64,000 nt of DNA from Nemertoderma westbladi (taxonomy: Eukaryota; Animalia; Xenacoelomorpha). Shown here in pieces: positions 13,208-28,300 of this stretch. Numbering within the stretch: position 1 is the first letter of the stretch; each line of letters starts with the position of its first letter. The stretch is taken from positions 10,773-74,772 of the forward strand of contig JAUCBJ010005230.1 of NCBI GenBank assembly GCA_032718475.1, in the 5' to 3' direction. The translations under genes were made by a program, and so were the position numbers. The notes under the pieces are model-generated. The model saw nothing but the letters and a program-made list of their open reading frames with translations. It was not told where the DNA came from and did no database searches.

Positions 13208-13965
13208 AAGAAACTCGGCAGTCACTGGTGGTCTTCTCTCACTTTTCGCGCACTCGACTCGACAGCCAGGGGATAACTCGGCAATCCTCCTCTACTTAGA
13301 CATTCGTTTCTATTCCAGACAGCGGTTCTTCACTTTTGTAATATATGGTAAAATTAATAACGAAACTTATTATCGTAAATGATAATTAAGTTCATAATAT
13401 TTTTCTATTTGATTTCTAGATATTTTGTCTGTATAATAAATATATATTGTATTCATATAATTAGGCTTGTGGTTATTTGATTCATGTGCTGTAAGTAAGT
13501 CATTAGTTTCTCTCTATTTCATTATTATACATCGTATTTTGTGCACAAATGAAAGCTGGCAGGTTTATAATTTATTATTTAACTCCTCGAGTTTACGTCA
13601 ACCAAAGATTTGATGATGATGTGACCATGTCCCTGATACTATAAATGCAACACGGAGTTGTAAGCTAGCTAACATTCGTATCCCAGAGTGTCTCATTCAA
13701 GATTGTTTATTGTTACTTCTAGCCACAATTCATAACTTCATTCAAAGTTGCATAACATCCTTTTTTTTAATTTCCTCCGTTACTTTTCTACTAATCTTAT
13801 GAAACAGAAATAATTTGACCTACCATTTCGATTTCAATCTTTGACTAAAAGCTAAATTTAAAAAAGGTCTCCCTGCGATCTTGCACCAGTCGTACTGCAG
13901 TTAATCCTCAACGTTATCGTGATTCGTTGAAACCGATGAAATAATGTTGCATAAATATTCTTACT

Positions 13966-16375
13966 CACCCAGTGAGGAGGCGGGAGGTTAGACACCTACG
14001 TTCCTCACCCAATGAGGAGGCGGGAGGTAAAACCCCTACGGTCCTCACCCTGTGAGGAGGCGGGAGGTAAGTACATTCCTCACCCAATGGGGAGGCGGGG
14101 GGTAAGACACCTGCGTTCCTTACCCAGTGAGGAGGCGGGAGGTAAGATACCTACGTTCCTCACCCAGTGAGGAGGCGGGAAGTCAGACAACTACGTTCCT
14201 CGCCCAGTAAGGAGGCGGGAGGCCAGACACCTCGTTCCTCACCCTGTGAGGAGGCGGGAGGTAAGTACGTTCCTCGCCCATTGAGGAGGCGGGAGGTAAG
14301 ACACCTACGTTCCTCACCCAGTGAGGAGGCGGGAGGTCAGACACCTACGTTCCTCACCCAATGTGGAGGCTGGAGGTAATACACCTACGGTCCTCACCCA
14401 GTGAGGAGGCGGGAGGTCAGACACCTACGTTCCTCGCCCAATGAGGAGGCGGGATGACAGACACCTACGTTCCTCGCCCAGTGAGGATGTGGGAGGTCAG
14501 ACACCTACGTTCCTCACCCAGTGAGGAGGCGAGAGGTCAGACACCACGTTCCTCACCCTGTGAGGAGGCAGGAGGTAAGTACGTTCCTCACCCAATGAGG
14601 AGGCGGGAGGTATGACACCTACGTTCCTCACCCAATGAGGAGGCGGGAGGTAAGAAACCTACGTTCTTCACCCAGTGAGGAGGCTGGAGGTCAGACACCT
14701 ACGTTCCTCACCCAGTGAGGAGGCGGGAGGTCAGACACCTACGTTCCTCACCCAATGTGGAGGCTGGAGGTAATACACCTACGGTCCTCACCCAGTGAGG
14801 AGGCGGGAGGTCAGACACCTACGTTCCTCGCCCAATGAGGAGGCGGGAGGACAGACACCTACGTTCCTCACCCAGTGAGGAGGCGAGAGGTCAGACACCT
14901 ACGTTCCTAGTCCAGTAAGGAGGCGGGAGGCCAGACAGCTCGTTCCTCACCCTGTGAGGAGGCGGGAGGTAAGTACGTTCCTCACCCAATGAGGAGGCGG
15001 GAGGTATGACACCTACGTTCCTCACCCAATGAGGAGGCGGGAGGTAAGAAACCTACGTTTTTCATCCAGTGAGGATGCTGGAGGTCAGACACCTACGTTC
15101 CTCACCCATTGAGGATGCGGGAGGTCAGACACCTACGTTCCTCGCCCAGTGAGGATGCGGGAGGTCAGACACCTACGTTCCTCGTCCAGTAAGGAGGCGG
15201 GAGGTAAGACACCTACGGTCCTCACCCAGTGATGATGCGGGAGGACAGACACCTACGTTCCTCGCCCAGTGAGGATGTGGGAGGTCAGACACCTACGTTC
15301 CTCACCCAGTGAGGAGGCGAGAGGTCAGACACCTACGTTCCTTGGCCAGTAAGGAGGCGGGAGGCCAGACACCACGTTCCTCACCCTGTGAGGAGGCAGG
15401 AGGTAAGTACGTTCCTCACCCAATGAGGAGGCGGGAGGTAAGACACCTACGTTCCTTACCCATTAAGGAGGTGGGAGGTCAGACACCTACGTTCCTCGCC
15501 CAGTGAGGAGGCGGGAGGTCAGACACCTACGTTCCTCACCCAGTGAGGATGTGGGAGGTCAGACACCTACGTTCCTTACCCAGTGAGGAGGCGAGAGGTC
15601 AGACACCTACGTTCCTCGTCCAGTAAGGAGCCGGGAGGTAAGACACCTACGGTCCTCACCCAGTGAGGAGGCGGGAGGTCAGACACCTACGTTCCTCGCC
15701 CAATGAGGAGGCGGGAGGACAGACACCTACGTTCCTCGCCCAGTGAGGATGTGGGAGGTGAGACACCTACGTTCCTCACCCAGTGAGGAGGCGGGAGGTC
15801 AGACACCTACGTTCCTCACCCATTGAGGATGTTGGAGGTCAGACACCTACGTTCCTCGCCCAGTTAGGAGGCGGGAGGTAAGACACCTACGTTCCTCACC
15901 CAGTGAGGATGCTGGAGGTCAGACACCTACGTTCCTCGCCCAGTGAGGAGGCGGGAGGTAAGACACCTACGTTCCTCGCCCAGTGAGGAGGCGGTAGGTA
16001 AGACTCCTACGTTCCTCACCCAATGCGGAGGCGGGAGGTCAGGCACCTACGTTCCTCGCCCAGTGAGGAGGCGGGAGGTCAGACACCTACGTTCCTCGCC
16101 CAGTGAGGAGGCGGGAGGTAAGACACCTACGTTCCTCACCCAGTGAGGATGCTGGAGGTCAGACACCTACGTTCCTCGCCCAGTGAGGAGGCGGTAGGTA
16201 AGACTCCTACGTTCCTCACCGAATGCGGAGGCGGGAGGTCAGGCACCTACGTTCCTCACCCAGTGAGGATGCTGGAGGTCAGACACCTACGTTCCTCGCT
16301 CAATGAGGAGGCGGGAGGTCAGACACCTAGGCTCCTCACCCAATGAGGAGGCGGGAGGTCAGACACCTAGGTCCC
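13966..16375. repeat. Minisatellite, ~41-bp unit (CACCCAGTGAGGAGGCGGGAGGTCAGACACCTACGTTCCT), about 60 copies with shorter variant units
   Basis: Tandem array directly visible. The short ORFs here are repeat translations. Confidence 0.95.
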
Positions 16376-16599
16376 CCTTCCCACACACAAAGGTCTTAAT
16401 TAAGGTATTATAATATACTCTGAAATGGAAATATTTTATTGTAAATTTTTAAATTGACAATCCCTCGCAGTATCTGCCACAATTCAATCAATACGTTGCG
16501 CCTCATGATGAGTAATTTATGTCTACGATTTCTACTGAAATTAAAATATTTTGATTTTATACCGTGGGCTGTCAAAATGTGGCTAAACATTTGTTTTTT

Positions 16600-17136
16600 T
16601 TAAACAATTTTCAAATTCCCAGTCACACTCTAGCGGCCTTTGAATGAAACAAGATTTGCGGTTAAAATGCTACTAGTCTTTCAATGTTTCGAGCTCCCCG
16701 TTAAAATTTTCACTTTAGCCTTTTTATGAAAATTAATTAATATTTTTATTAATATTTGGCAAAATTTTAACAAATTTTTGGCTTCAATCTGAAAAATTGG
16801 CTGTAAAAACAGAAGTATAAAAATTCCAACTGATAACTTTTAAAGAACTGCCGAAACCCTTTCAAAGTGCAAAGTTTAAACCGTCCCGCCAAAAATGGCT
16901 GTCTGTAGCCTGGTTGGTTAATTATTTCTCTGTTGTCTGTCTGTCTTACAATTTGACTGACAGACCATTGGCAGACTGATACAGAAAAACAGCGATAACT
17001 CGAGAACAACTAAAAGTGGTTTCGCTAAGCGGTTTTCAGATTTGAAATCCTCATTAAATTCTGCTACATTAAATATAAAACAGATATTTGAAATTTTGAC
17101 ATGAGGGGGGGGGGGGGGGCTGTATTCCCCCCTTAA
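16600..17136. repeat. Relative of the dispersed non-autonomous repeat family at 2440 and 45240
   Basis: Shares AAAGAACTGCCGAAAC, AACCGTCCCGC and GCTAAGCGGTTTTCAGATTTGAAATC motifs with the other copies. Ends CCCCTTAA. Confidence 0.5.
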
Positions 17137-17374
17137 GTATGATTGGAGATGTATTCATTGTACTTGACTTGACACAATGAACCCGGCGTAGCATTCTTGT
17201 ACACTTTTCGGGATTTTCGGGGAGCGGAACCGTAATTTTTGGGATCGTGATATACTATATTGATACCTACTGTATATTTATAGTGACTACCGTACTGTAC
17301 TACTATAGTGACAACTACTGTATATTTATATAGGCCAAACTGTTTGGTAAAACCAAACAGCTTGGGGAAAAGTC

Positions 17375-18421
17375 ACCACCAATTTGGACTAAAGGTCAAC
17401 TAAAGCCTCTCCTCAAGAAAGGAGACCTCGGTATACCAACAAACTATCGTGGGATCTGTCTGCTTGTGGTAGCTGCCAAAATATACAATAAAATGATTCT
17501 ATATAGGATTAGGCCTCACATAGAGAAACTACTGCGTAAGAGCCAAAACGGATTTCGACCAAATAGATCAACAATAGCTCAGATACTTGCACTACGGAGA
17601 CTGATTGAAGGAATTAAGTTAAAGAATCTCCCCGCAGTCATGTCTTTTGTGGGCTTCAAGAAGGCATTCGACTCCATCCATAGAGGTAAAATGCTTGAAA
17701 TTCTAAGAGCTTATGGAATACCAGAAGTAATTGTTGCTGGCATTGGATTGTTATATAGGAGGTTGGATTGCACATAAATCCTACCAAGAGCGAATTCATG
17801 ACCTTTAATGTTGATGGAAACTTGACAACCATTGATAATAATCAACTAAGGAAGGTCGACGACTTCCAGTACCTTGGATCATGGATAGAGAGTAGCAAAA
17901 AGGACATATAAGTTAGGAAAGCAAAGGCTTGGGTAGCTCTATCAAAAATGGATACCATCTGGAAATCAGATCTCTCCAGGTGCCTGAAGACTAAGTTCTT
18001 TCGAGCGACAGTGGAAAGTGTATTTTTATACGGGGGTGAGACCTGGACACTGACTAAATCACTTGAACAACGAATTGATGGTTGCTACACAAGACTACTA
18101 AGAGCAGCCCTAAACATCAGCTGGAGACAACACATGACAAACGCCGAGCTTTATGGTACAATACCACCTGTATCAACCACCCTCCGTGAACGCAGATTAA
18201 GATTCAGTGGGCACTGTTGGCGAAGTAAAGACGAGGTCATACCAGATCTACTTATCTGGCAACCAACTCATGGAAAGCGTAGTCGTGGACGACCGGCCAT
18301 AACATATATAGATAAACTTGAAAGGGATACTGAACTTGGGAGAAACGTAATTGCGACAATTATGGAGAATCGGGAAACCTGGAAGGATCTCATTTCCACT
18401 GTCCGAGTTCGCTCGACCTAG
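17375..18421 (+). mobile_element. RTE-clade LINE fragment, 5'-truncated with internal deletion
   Basis: KKGDL...NYRGICLL, QNGFRPNRST, FKKAFDSIHR. The RT core (ADD motif) is deleted at about 17757. C-terminal RRLRFSGHCWR...RGRP. Same family as the copies at 33720 and 50320. Confidence 0.9.
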
Positions 18422-18493
18422 TTCTAGCTCGACCTAGAAACAGCTTGTGTATAAGGGTGGTGTAACGGAGCATTGATTGTTTTCCATTGTGTG

Positions 18494-18893
18494 CCGGTGT
18501 CCTAGGCGAATCTGCCTCTGCCCCCCCCCCCCCCCCCCCCCGCGCAGAATGCCCCTCCCTACAGACTTACAGTATAATAATATTGTACAGTAGTAGGCCT
18601 AAGCCCTGCAGCGTACCCTGCAGCACTTTAACTGGTTTATTTTTTTGATAAGGGTTAGTTGGACAGGCCCAAACCCTAATTAAAACTGTTATGTAACCTT
18701 AGAATGACATTTTTAATTAGGGTTTCGGGCCGACACTCGAAATGTGGGGTCAAAATGCTCTGGGGGGGGGGGGCATATGGCGCTAGGCAAAAATGCCCGG
18801 GGTGGGCAATCCGCGCGGGGTGCATATGGCGCTAGGCGAAAATGCCCGGGGCATTCCGCGCGGGGAAGGGGGCATTTTCGCCTGTGACACTGG
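18494..18893. mobile_element. MITE, possibly CMC/EnSpm-like
   Basis: TIR CCGGTGTCCTAGGCGAA / TTCGCCTGTGACACTGG. Flanked by TG...TG (possible 2-bp TSD). Subterminal GC-rich repeats. Confidence 0.55.
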
Positions 18894-19662
18894 TGCTCCC
18901 TCAAACTAGGCCTACACACCTTAATCTAAGCGGTTATGTAAATATTTGTCATTTTGGAATTCCTCATTAACACTGATCGGCATTTGCAGGTGCGGTTTGT
19001 TTGGATATGGTGAATGTCGTTGGTAATTATTCTAGCTAAATTTCCGTATATTTATATTTGGCCCTTTTATCTTTGATATAAAATACTCACTCATATGGAG
19101 GGAGGGATGGATATATTTTGGTGTAGATGTCTACATGTAGGCCTAATGTTAGGTAAGAACGTATTAAACGTTGTGTAGGCGATATGACCTCACAGTAAAC
19201 AATTGTGGTCATTTAATCCCCATTAATTGTTATGTACTGTAGTATTAACATTGTATATATTAACTACTCTGTATATGCTGTAGCATATTTTTCGTCACAT
19301 TGAACAATGGCGTCAACGATGGTGTAGTGGGGGGATCAATATTTGCGTGGGTTTTTTTACACTAACATAAGGAAGCAAGTATGAGCTCGTGCTGCGTTAG
19401 ATAAGCGGGTGGTACAGAAATTATTAAATGCGTTAGGTTTGCGCACTCGATTTCATAACAAACGTATTGCTGCTTAATTGCTAATGAGTGATCCTTATTA
19501 AGTTATTGTACACTGTACAGTGTAGGTGTAGCTATGTAATATTTAATTGGCCTACAATATATTGTACGTCTGGAGATAATTTAGACTGCTTTTAGAATTA
19601 CATTTTATTGTTGGTAAATATAAACGATAGTTTTCCAGATACTATAGGCCTATGCTTGCAAA

Positions 19663-19941
19663 CTGTGGGGCGAGTGCGAAGTGTGTGAGCTTAGGATACG
19701 GTTACCGCTGTGGGGCGAGCCACGAAGTTTGTGAGCTTAGGATACGGTTACCGCTGTGGGGTGAGCCACGAAGTACGCGAGCTTAGCAAACGGTTACCGC
19801 TGTGGGGCGAGCCACGAAGTTTATGAGCTTAGGATACGGTTTCCGCGGTGGGGCGAGCCATGATGTACTCGCGCTTAGTAGACGGTTACCGCTGTGGGGC
19901 GAGCCATAAAGTAAGCGTGCTTAGCTTACGGATTCCGCTGT
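19663..19941. repeat. Minisatellite, ~46-bp unit x6 (GCTGTGGGGCGAGCCACGAAGTTTGTGAGCTTAGGATACGGTTACC)
   Basis: Tandem copies visible. Confidence 0.9.
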
Positions 19942-20074
19942 TTAAACTGCTGTCTGCCGGTTAAGGTCGGTCTCTATATGGACTAAAATTTGAAGGCTAA
20001 TAACATTATTTGATGAAATGAAACTAGGCAACGGCGACTAGGCAACGATTGAAATAATGGTAACCAGTGGCGGG

Positions 20075-21316
20075 CCTATGATAGGCCAGCTTGCATCCTC
20101 ACCTATGATAGGCCAGCTTGCATCCTCACCTATCATAGGCCAGCTTGCATCCTCACCTATGATAGGCCAGCTTGCATCCTCACCTGTGATAGGCCGGCTT
20201 GCATCCTCACCTGTGATAGGCCGGCTTGCATCCTTACCTATGATAGGCCGGCTTGAATCCTCACCTATGATAGGCCAGCTTGCATCCTCACCTATGATAG
20301 GCCGGCTTGAATCCTCACCTATGATAGGCCAGCTTGCATCATCACCTATGATAGGCCAGCTTGCATCCTCACCTATGATAGGCCAGCTTGCATCCTCACC
20401 TATGATAGGCCGGCTTGCATCCTCACCTGTGATAGGCCAGCTTGCATCCTCACCTATGATAGGCCAGCTTGCATCCTCACCTTTGATAGGCCGGCTTGCA
20501 TCCTCACCTATGATAGGCCGGCTTGAATCCTCACCTATGATAGGCCAGCTTGCATCATCACCTATGATAGGCCGGCTTGCATCCTCACCTATGATAGGCC
20601 AGCTTGCATCCTCACCTATGATAGGCCAGCTTGCATCCTCACCTATGATAGGCCAGCTTGCATCCTCACCTATGATAGGCCGGCTTGCATCCTCACCTAT
20701 GATAGGCCGGCTTGCATCCTTACCTATGATAGGCCAGCTTGCATCCTCACCTATGATAGGCCAGCTTGCATCCTCACCTATGATAGGCCAGCTTGCATCC
20801 TCACCTATGATAGGCCAGCTTGCATCCTCACCTATGATAGGCCGGCTTGCATCCTCACCTATGATAGGCCGGCTTGCATCCTCACCTATGATAGGCCAGC
20901 TTGCATCCACACCTATGTTAGGCCAGCTTGCATCCTCACCTATGATAGGCCGGCTTGCATCCTCACCTATGATAGGCCAGCTTGCATCCTCACCTATCAT
21001 AGGCCAGCTTGCATCCTCACCTATGATAGGCCAGCTTGCATCCTCACCTGTGATAGGCCGGCTTGCATCCTCACCTGTGATAGGCCGGCTTGCATCCTCA
21101 CCTATGATAGGCCGGCTTGAATCCTCACCTATGATAGGCCAGCTTGCATCCTCACCTATGATAGGCCGGCTTGAATCCTCACCTATGATAGGCCAGCTTG
21201 CATCATCACCTATGATAGGCCAGCTTGCATCCTCACCTATGATAGGCCGGCTTGCATCCTCACCTATGATAGGCCGGCTTGCATCCTCACCTATGATATG
21301 CCGGCTTGCATCCTCA
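20075..21316. repeat. 27-bp minisatellite (CCTATGATAGGCCAGCTTGCATCCTCA), about 46 copies
   Basis: Highly homogeneous tandem array. Explains the two antiparallel 9-aa-repeat ORFs. Confidence 0.97.
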
Positions 21317-21612
21317 TGCACCAAGAAGGATGGCCCCATTGAACGTGTATTAATGTACAGTATGTGTATTGTAATTTAAGAGGTGTTTTTTTAATTCCAT
21401 AAAATAATGCGAAATGTAAACTGCTCATTTGGATTTTATTGTATGATAATTAATTTAATACCTGTGGAAATGAAATATACAATTAGTAGGCCCCTATCAT
21501 AGTCATTATTTTCAAGCTCGACCAATGGATGTGGCAAGGGTCGGATGTAAATATTTCTCATACTAAATGAGTTACTGTACGTCGTGGTCGTAGAGCGTAA
21601 CAATGGCAATAT

Positions 21613-22022
21613 TAATGTTTTTCAACTTAATTATTTCGCTTGATATTATTGATCGATTTAAATAATGTTTGAAAACTGCATTATTTTGCTTAATATTATA
21701 GGTTGATTTAAAACATGTTGTCTGTTGAATTATTTTGCTTGATATTTAATTATTTCAACCGATAATTATAGGTGGTTTTAAATGAGACAGTGAATTATTT
21801 CGACCGATAATTATATGTTGTAGGCCTACTTAAATGTGATCAGCTGACAGTGAATTATTTCCACCTATAATAATTATAGGTCAATTTAAATGTGATCAGC
21901 TGACAGTTCGACCTATAATTATATGTTATATTAAATGTGATCAGCTGACAGTGAATTATTTCGACCCATTATGTTGTGTTAAATGTGATCAGCTGACAGT
22001 GAATTATTTCGACATATAATTC
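21613..22022 (+). repeat. Left copy of an inverted repeat pair bracketing the 35-bp satellite
   Basis: 21613-21860 is the near-exact reverse complement of about 30556-30808. Internal GTGATCAGCTGACAGTGAATTATTTC subrepeats. Confidence 0.85.
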
Positions 22023-22340
22023 GTATTAAATGTAGCTATTGAATCAGCTGATCTCTTGCAGTCTTGATGATTCACTTCTCTGCTTCTATACATGCTTCAC
22101 TTACCGTACCGGTACCACTATGTTACCTGCTAACCATGTAACGTTTCTACAACGTAAAAAATACGTTGTTTTACAACGCAGAGAATGCTGTAATCTAACG
22201 AATTTCTTCGTTGGTGAACACGCCTGTTTGTCGCCCCAAAACGTCTTCATAACGAGTAGGAAAGTGAATGATGCTTGTTGGTTTACAACGCAATAGTACG
22301 TTGAAATCAAACGCTATTCCAACGTTAAAATCTGACGCCA

Positions 22341-25300
22341 TTATTCTAACATGTCTGCTACGTTGAAATCTAAAGCTATTCTAACATGTCTGCTACGTTG
22401 AAATCTAACGCTATTCTAACATGTCTGCTACGTTGAAATCTAAAGCTATTCTAACATGTCTGCTACGTTGAAATCTAACGCTATTCGAACATGTCTGCTA
22501 CGTTAAATTCTAACGCTATTCTAACATGTCTGCTACGTTGAAATCTAACGCTATTCTAACATGTCTGCTACGTTGAAATCTAACGCTATTCTAACATGTC
22601 TGCTACGTTGAAATCTAAAGCTATTCTAACATGTCTGCTACGTTGAAATCTAAAGCTATTCTAACATGTCTGCTACGTTGAAATCTAAAGCTATTCTAAC
22701 ATGTCTGCTACGTTGAAATCTAACGCTATTCTAACATGTCTGCTACGTTGAAATCTAAAGCTATTCTAACATGTCTGCTACGTTGAAATCTAACGCTATT
22801 CTAACATGTCTGCTACGTTGAAATCTAAAGCTATTCTAACATGTCTGCTACGTTGAAATCTAAAGTTATTCTAACATGTCTGCTACGTTGAAATCTAACG
22901 CTATTCTAACATGTCTGCTACGTTGAAATCTAACGCTATTCTAACATGTCTGCTACGTTGAAATCTAAAGCTATTCTAACATGTCTGCTACGTTGAAATC
23001 GAACGCTATTCTAACATGTCTGCTACGTTGAAATCTAAAGCTATTCTAACATGTCTGCTACGTTGAAATCTAACGCTATTCTAACATGTCTGCTACGTTG
23101 AAATCTAAAGCTATTCTAACATGTCTGCTACGTTGAAATCTAAAGCTATTCTAACATGTCTGCTACGTTGAAATCTAACGCTATTCTAACATGTCTGCTA
23201 CGTTGAAATCTAACGCTATTCTAACATGTCTGCTACGTTGAAATCTAAAGCTATTCTAATATGTCTGCTACGTTGAAATATAACGCTATTCTAACATGTC
23301 TGCTACGTTGAAATCTAACGCTATTCTAACATGTCTGCTACGTTGAAATCTAAAGCTATTCTAACATGTCTGCTACGTTGAAATCTAAAGCTATTCTAAC
23401 ATGTCTGCTACGTTGAAATCTAAAGCTATTCTAACATGTCTGCTACGTTGAAATCTAAAGCTATTCTAACATGTCTGCTACGTTGAAATCTAACGCTATT
23501 CTAACATGTCTGCTACGTTGAAATCTAAAGCTATTCTAACATGTCTGCTACGTTGAAATCTAACGCTATTCTAACATGTCTGCTATGTTGAAATCTAACG
23601 CTATTCTAACATGTCTGCTACGTTGAAATCTAACGCTATTCTAACATGTCTGCTACGTTGAAATCTAAAGCTATTCTAACATGTCTGCAACGTTGAAATC
23701 TAAAGCTATTCTAACATGTCTGCTATGTTGAAATCTAACGCTATTCTAACATGTCTGCTATGTTGAAATCTAACGCTATTCTAACATGTCTGCTACGTTG
23801 AAATCTAACGCTATTCTAACATGTCTGCAACGTTGAAATCTAACGCTATTCTAACATGTCTGCTACGTTGAAATCTAAAGCTATTCTAACATGTCTGCTA
23901 CGTTGAAATCTAACGCTATTCTAACATGTCTGCTACGTTGAAATCTAACGCTATTCTAACATGTCTGCTACGTTGAAATCTAAAGCTATTCTAACATGTC
24001 TGCTACGTTGAAATCTAAAGCTATTCTAACATGTCTGCTACGTTGAAATCTAACGCTATTCTAACATGTCTGCTACGTTGAAATCTAACGCTATTCTAAC
24101 ATGTCTGCTACGTTGAAATCGAAAGCTATTCTAATATGTCTGCTACGTTGAAATATAACGCTATTCTAACATGTCTGCTACGTTGAAATCTAACGCTATT
24201 CTAACATGTCTGCTACGTTGAAATCTAAAGCTATTCTAACATGTCTGCTACGTTGAAATCTAAAGCTATTCTAACATGTCTGCTACGTTGAAATCTAACG
24301 CTTTTCTAACATGTCTGCTATGTTGAAATCTAACGCTATTCTAACATGTCTGCTACGTTGAAATCTAACGCTATTCTAACATGTCTGCTACGTTGAAATC
24401 TAAAGCTATTCTAACATGTCTGCTACGTTGAAATCTAACGCTATTCTAACATGTCTGCTACGTTGAAATCTAACGCTATTCTAACATGTCTGCTACGTTG
24501 AAATCTAACGCTATTATAACATGTCTGCTACGTTGAAATCTAACGCTATTCTAACATGTCTGCAACGTTAAAATCTAAAGCTATTCTAACATGTCTGCTA
24601 TGTTGAAATCTAACGCTATTCTAACATGTCTGCTATGTTGAAATCTAACGCTATTCTAACATGTCTGCTACGTTGCAATCTAACTCTATTCTAACATGTC
24701 TGCTACGTTGAAATCTAACGCTATTCTAACATGTCTGCTACGTTGAAATCTAAAGCTATTCTAACATGTCTGCTACGTTGAAATCTAACGCTATTCTAAC
24801 ATGTCTGCTACGTTGAAATCTAACGCTATTCTAACATGTCTGCTACGTTGAAATCTAAAGCTATTCTAACATGTCTGCTACGTTGAAATCTAACGCTATT
24901 CTAACATGTCTGCTACGTTGAAGTCTAAAGCTATTCTAACATGTCTGCTACGTTGAAATCTAAAGCTATTCTAACATGTCTGCTACGTTGAAATCTAACG
25001 CTATTCTAACATGTCTGCTACGTTGAAATCTAAAGCTATTCTAACATGTCTGCTACGTTGAAATCTAAAGCTATTCTAACATGTCTGCTACGTTGAAATC
25101 TAACGCTATTCTAACATGTCTGCTACGTTGAAATCTAAAGCTATTCTAACATGTCTGCTACGTTGAAATCTAACGCTATTCTAACATGTCTGCTACGTTG
25201 AAGTCTAAAGCTATTCTAACATGTCTGCTACGTTGAATTCTAACGCTATTCTAACATGTCTGCTACGTTGAAATCTAAAGCTATTCTAACATGTCTGCTA

Positions 25301-28300
25301 CGTTGAAATCTAACGCTATTCTAACATGTCTGCAACGTTGAAATCTAAAGCTATTCTAACATGTCTGCTACGTTGAAATCTAACGCTATTCTAACATGTC
25401 TGCTATGTTGAAATCTAACGCTATTCTAACATGTCTGCTACGTTGCAATCTAACGCTATTCTAACATGTCTGCTACGTTGAAATCTAACGCTATTCTAAC
25501 ATGTCTGCTACGTTGAAATCTAAAGCTATTCTAACATGTCTGCTACGTTGAAATCTAACGCTATTCTAACATGTCTGCTACGTTGAAGTCTAAAGCTATT
25601 CTAACATGTCTGCTACGTTGAATTCTAACGCTATTCTAACATGTCTGCTACGTTGAAATCTAAAGCTATTCTAACATGTCTGCTACGTTGAAATCTAACG
25701 CTATTCTAACATGTCTGCTATGTTGAAATCTAACGCTATTCTAACATGTCTGCTACGTTGAAATCTAACGCTATTCTAACATGTCTGCAACGTTGAAATC
25801 TAAAGCTATTCTAACATGTCTGCTACGTTGAAATCTAACGCTATTCTAACATGTCTGCTACGTTGAAATCTAACGCTATTCTAACATGTCTGCTACGTTG
25901 AAATCTAAAGCTATTCTAACATGTCTGCTACGTTGAAATCGAACGCTATTCTAACATGTCTGCTACGTTGAAATCTAAAGCTATTCTAACATGTCTGCTA
26001 CGTTGAAATCTAACGCTATTCTAACATGTCTGCTACGTTGAAATCTAAAGCTATTCTAACATGTCTGCTACGTTGAAATCTAAAGCTATTCTAACATGTC
26101 TGCTACGTTGAAATCTAACGCTATTCTAACATGTCTGCTACGTTGAAATCTAACGCTATTCTAACATGTCTGCTACGTTGAAATCTAAAGCTATTCTAAC
26201 ATGTCTGCTACGTTGAAATATAACGCTATTCTAACATGTCTGCTACGTTGAAATCTAACGCTATTCTAACATGTCTGCTACGTTGAAATCTAAAGCTATT
26301 CTAACATGTCTGCTACGTTGAAATCTAAAGCTATTCTAACATGTCTGCTACGTTGAAATCTAACGCTATTCTAACATGTCTGCTACGTTGAAATCTAACG
26401 CTATTCTAACATGTCTGCTATGTTGAAATCTAACGCTATTCTAACATGTATGCTACGTTGCAATCTAACGCTATTCTAACATGTCTGCTACGTTGAAATC
26501 TAACGCTATTCTAACATGTTTGCTACGTTGAAATCTAAAGCTATTCTAACATGTCTGCTACGTTGAAATCTAACGCTATTCTAACATGTCTGCTACGTTG
26601 AAATCTAACGCTATTCTAACATGTCTGCTACGTTGAAATCTAAAGCTATTCTAACATGTCTGCTACGTTGAAATCTAACGCTATTCTAACATGTCTGCTA
26701 CGTTGAAGTCTAAAGCTATTCTAACATGTCTGCTACGTTGAAATCTAAAGCTATTCTAACATGTCTGCTACGTTGAAATCTAACGCTATTCTAACATGTC
26801 TGCTACGTTGAAATCTAAAGCTATTCTAACATGTCTGCTACGTTGAAATCTAAATCTATTCTAACATGTCTGCTACGTTGAAATCTAACGCTATTCTAAC
26901 ATGTCTGCTACGTTGAAATCTAAAGCTATTCTAACATGTCTGCTACGTTGAAATCTAAACCTATTCTAACATGTCTGCTACGTTGAAATCTAACGCTATT
27001 CTAACATGTCTGCTACGTTGAAATCTAACGCTATTCTAACATGTCTGCTACGTTGAAATCTAACGCTATTCTAACATGTCTGCTATGTTGAAATCTAACG
27101 CTATTCTAACATGTCTGCTACGTTGAAATCTAAAGCTATTCTAACATGTCTGCTACGTTGAAATCTAAAGCTATTCTAACATGTCTGCTACGTTGAAATC
27201 TAACGCTATTCTAACATGTCTGCTACGTTGAAATCTAACGCTATTCTAACATGTCTGCTACGTTGAAATCTAAAGCTATTCTAACATGTCTGCTACGTTG
27301 AAATCTAACGCTATTCTAACATGTCTGCTACGTTGAAGTCTAAAGCTATTCTAACATGTCTGCTACGTTGAATTCTAACGCTATTCTAACATGTCTGCTA
27401 CGTTGAAATCTAAAGCTATTCTAACATGTCTGCTACGTTGAAATCTAACGCTATTCTAACATGTCTGCTACGTTGAAATCTAAAGCTATTCTAACATGTC
27501 TGCTACGTTGAAATCTAACGCTATTCTAACATGTCTGCTACGTTGAAATCTAAAGCTATTCTAACATGTCTGCTACGTTGAAATCTAAAGCTATTCTAAC
27601 ATGTCTGCTACGTTGAAATCTAACGCTATTCTAACATGTCTGCTACGTTGAAATCTAACGCTATTCTAACATGTCTGCTACGTTGAAATCTAACGCTATT
27701 CTAACATGTCTGCTACGTTGAAATCTAACGCTATTCTAACATGTCTGCTACGTTGAAATCTAAAGCTATTCTAACATGTCTGCTACGTTGAAATCTAACG
27801 CTATTCTAACATGTCTGCTACGTTGAAATCTAAAGCTATTCTAACATGTCTGCTACGTTGAAATCTAACGCTATTCTAACATGTCTGCTACGTTGAAATC
27901 TAAAGCTATTCTAACATGTCTGCTACGTTGAAATCTAAACCTATTCTAACATGTCTGCTACGTTGAAATCTAACGCTATTCTAACATGTCTGCTACGTTG
28001 AAATCTAAAGCTATTCTAACATGTCTGCTACGTTGAATTCTAACGCTATTCTAACATGTCTGCTACGTTGAAATCTAAAGCTATTCTAACATGTCTGCTA
28101 CGTTGAAATCTAACGCTATTCTAACATGTCTGCTACGTTGAAATCTAAAGCTATTCTAACATGTCTGCTACGTTGAAATCTAACGCTATTCTAACATGTC
28201 TGCTACGTTGAAATCTAAAGCTATTCTAACATGTCTGCTACGTTGAAATCTAAAGCTATTCTAACATGTCTGCTACGTTGAAATCTAACGCTATTCTAAC

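Noticed and set aside
14167-16346. Short Arg-rich ORFs in the minisatellite
   Set aside because: Translations of a ~41-bp repeat with frequent stops.
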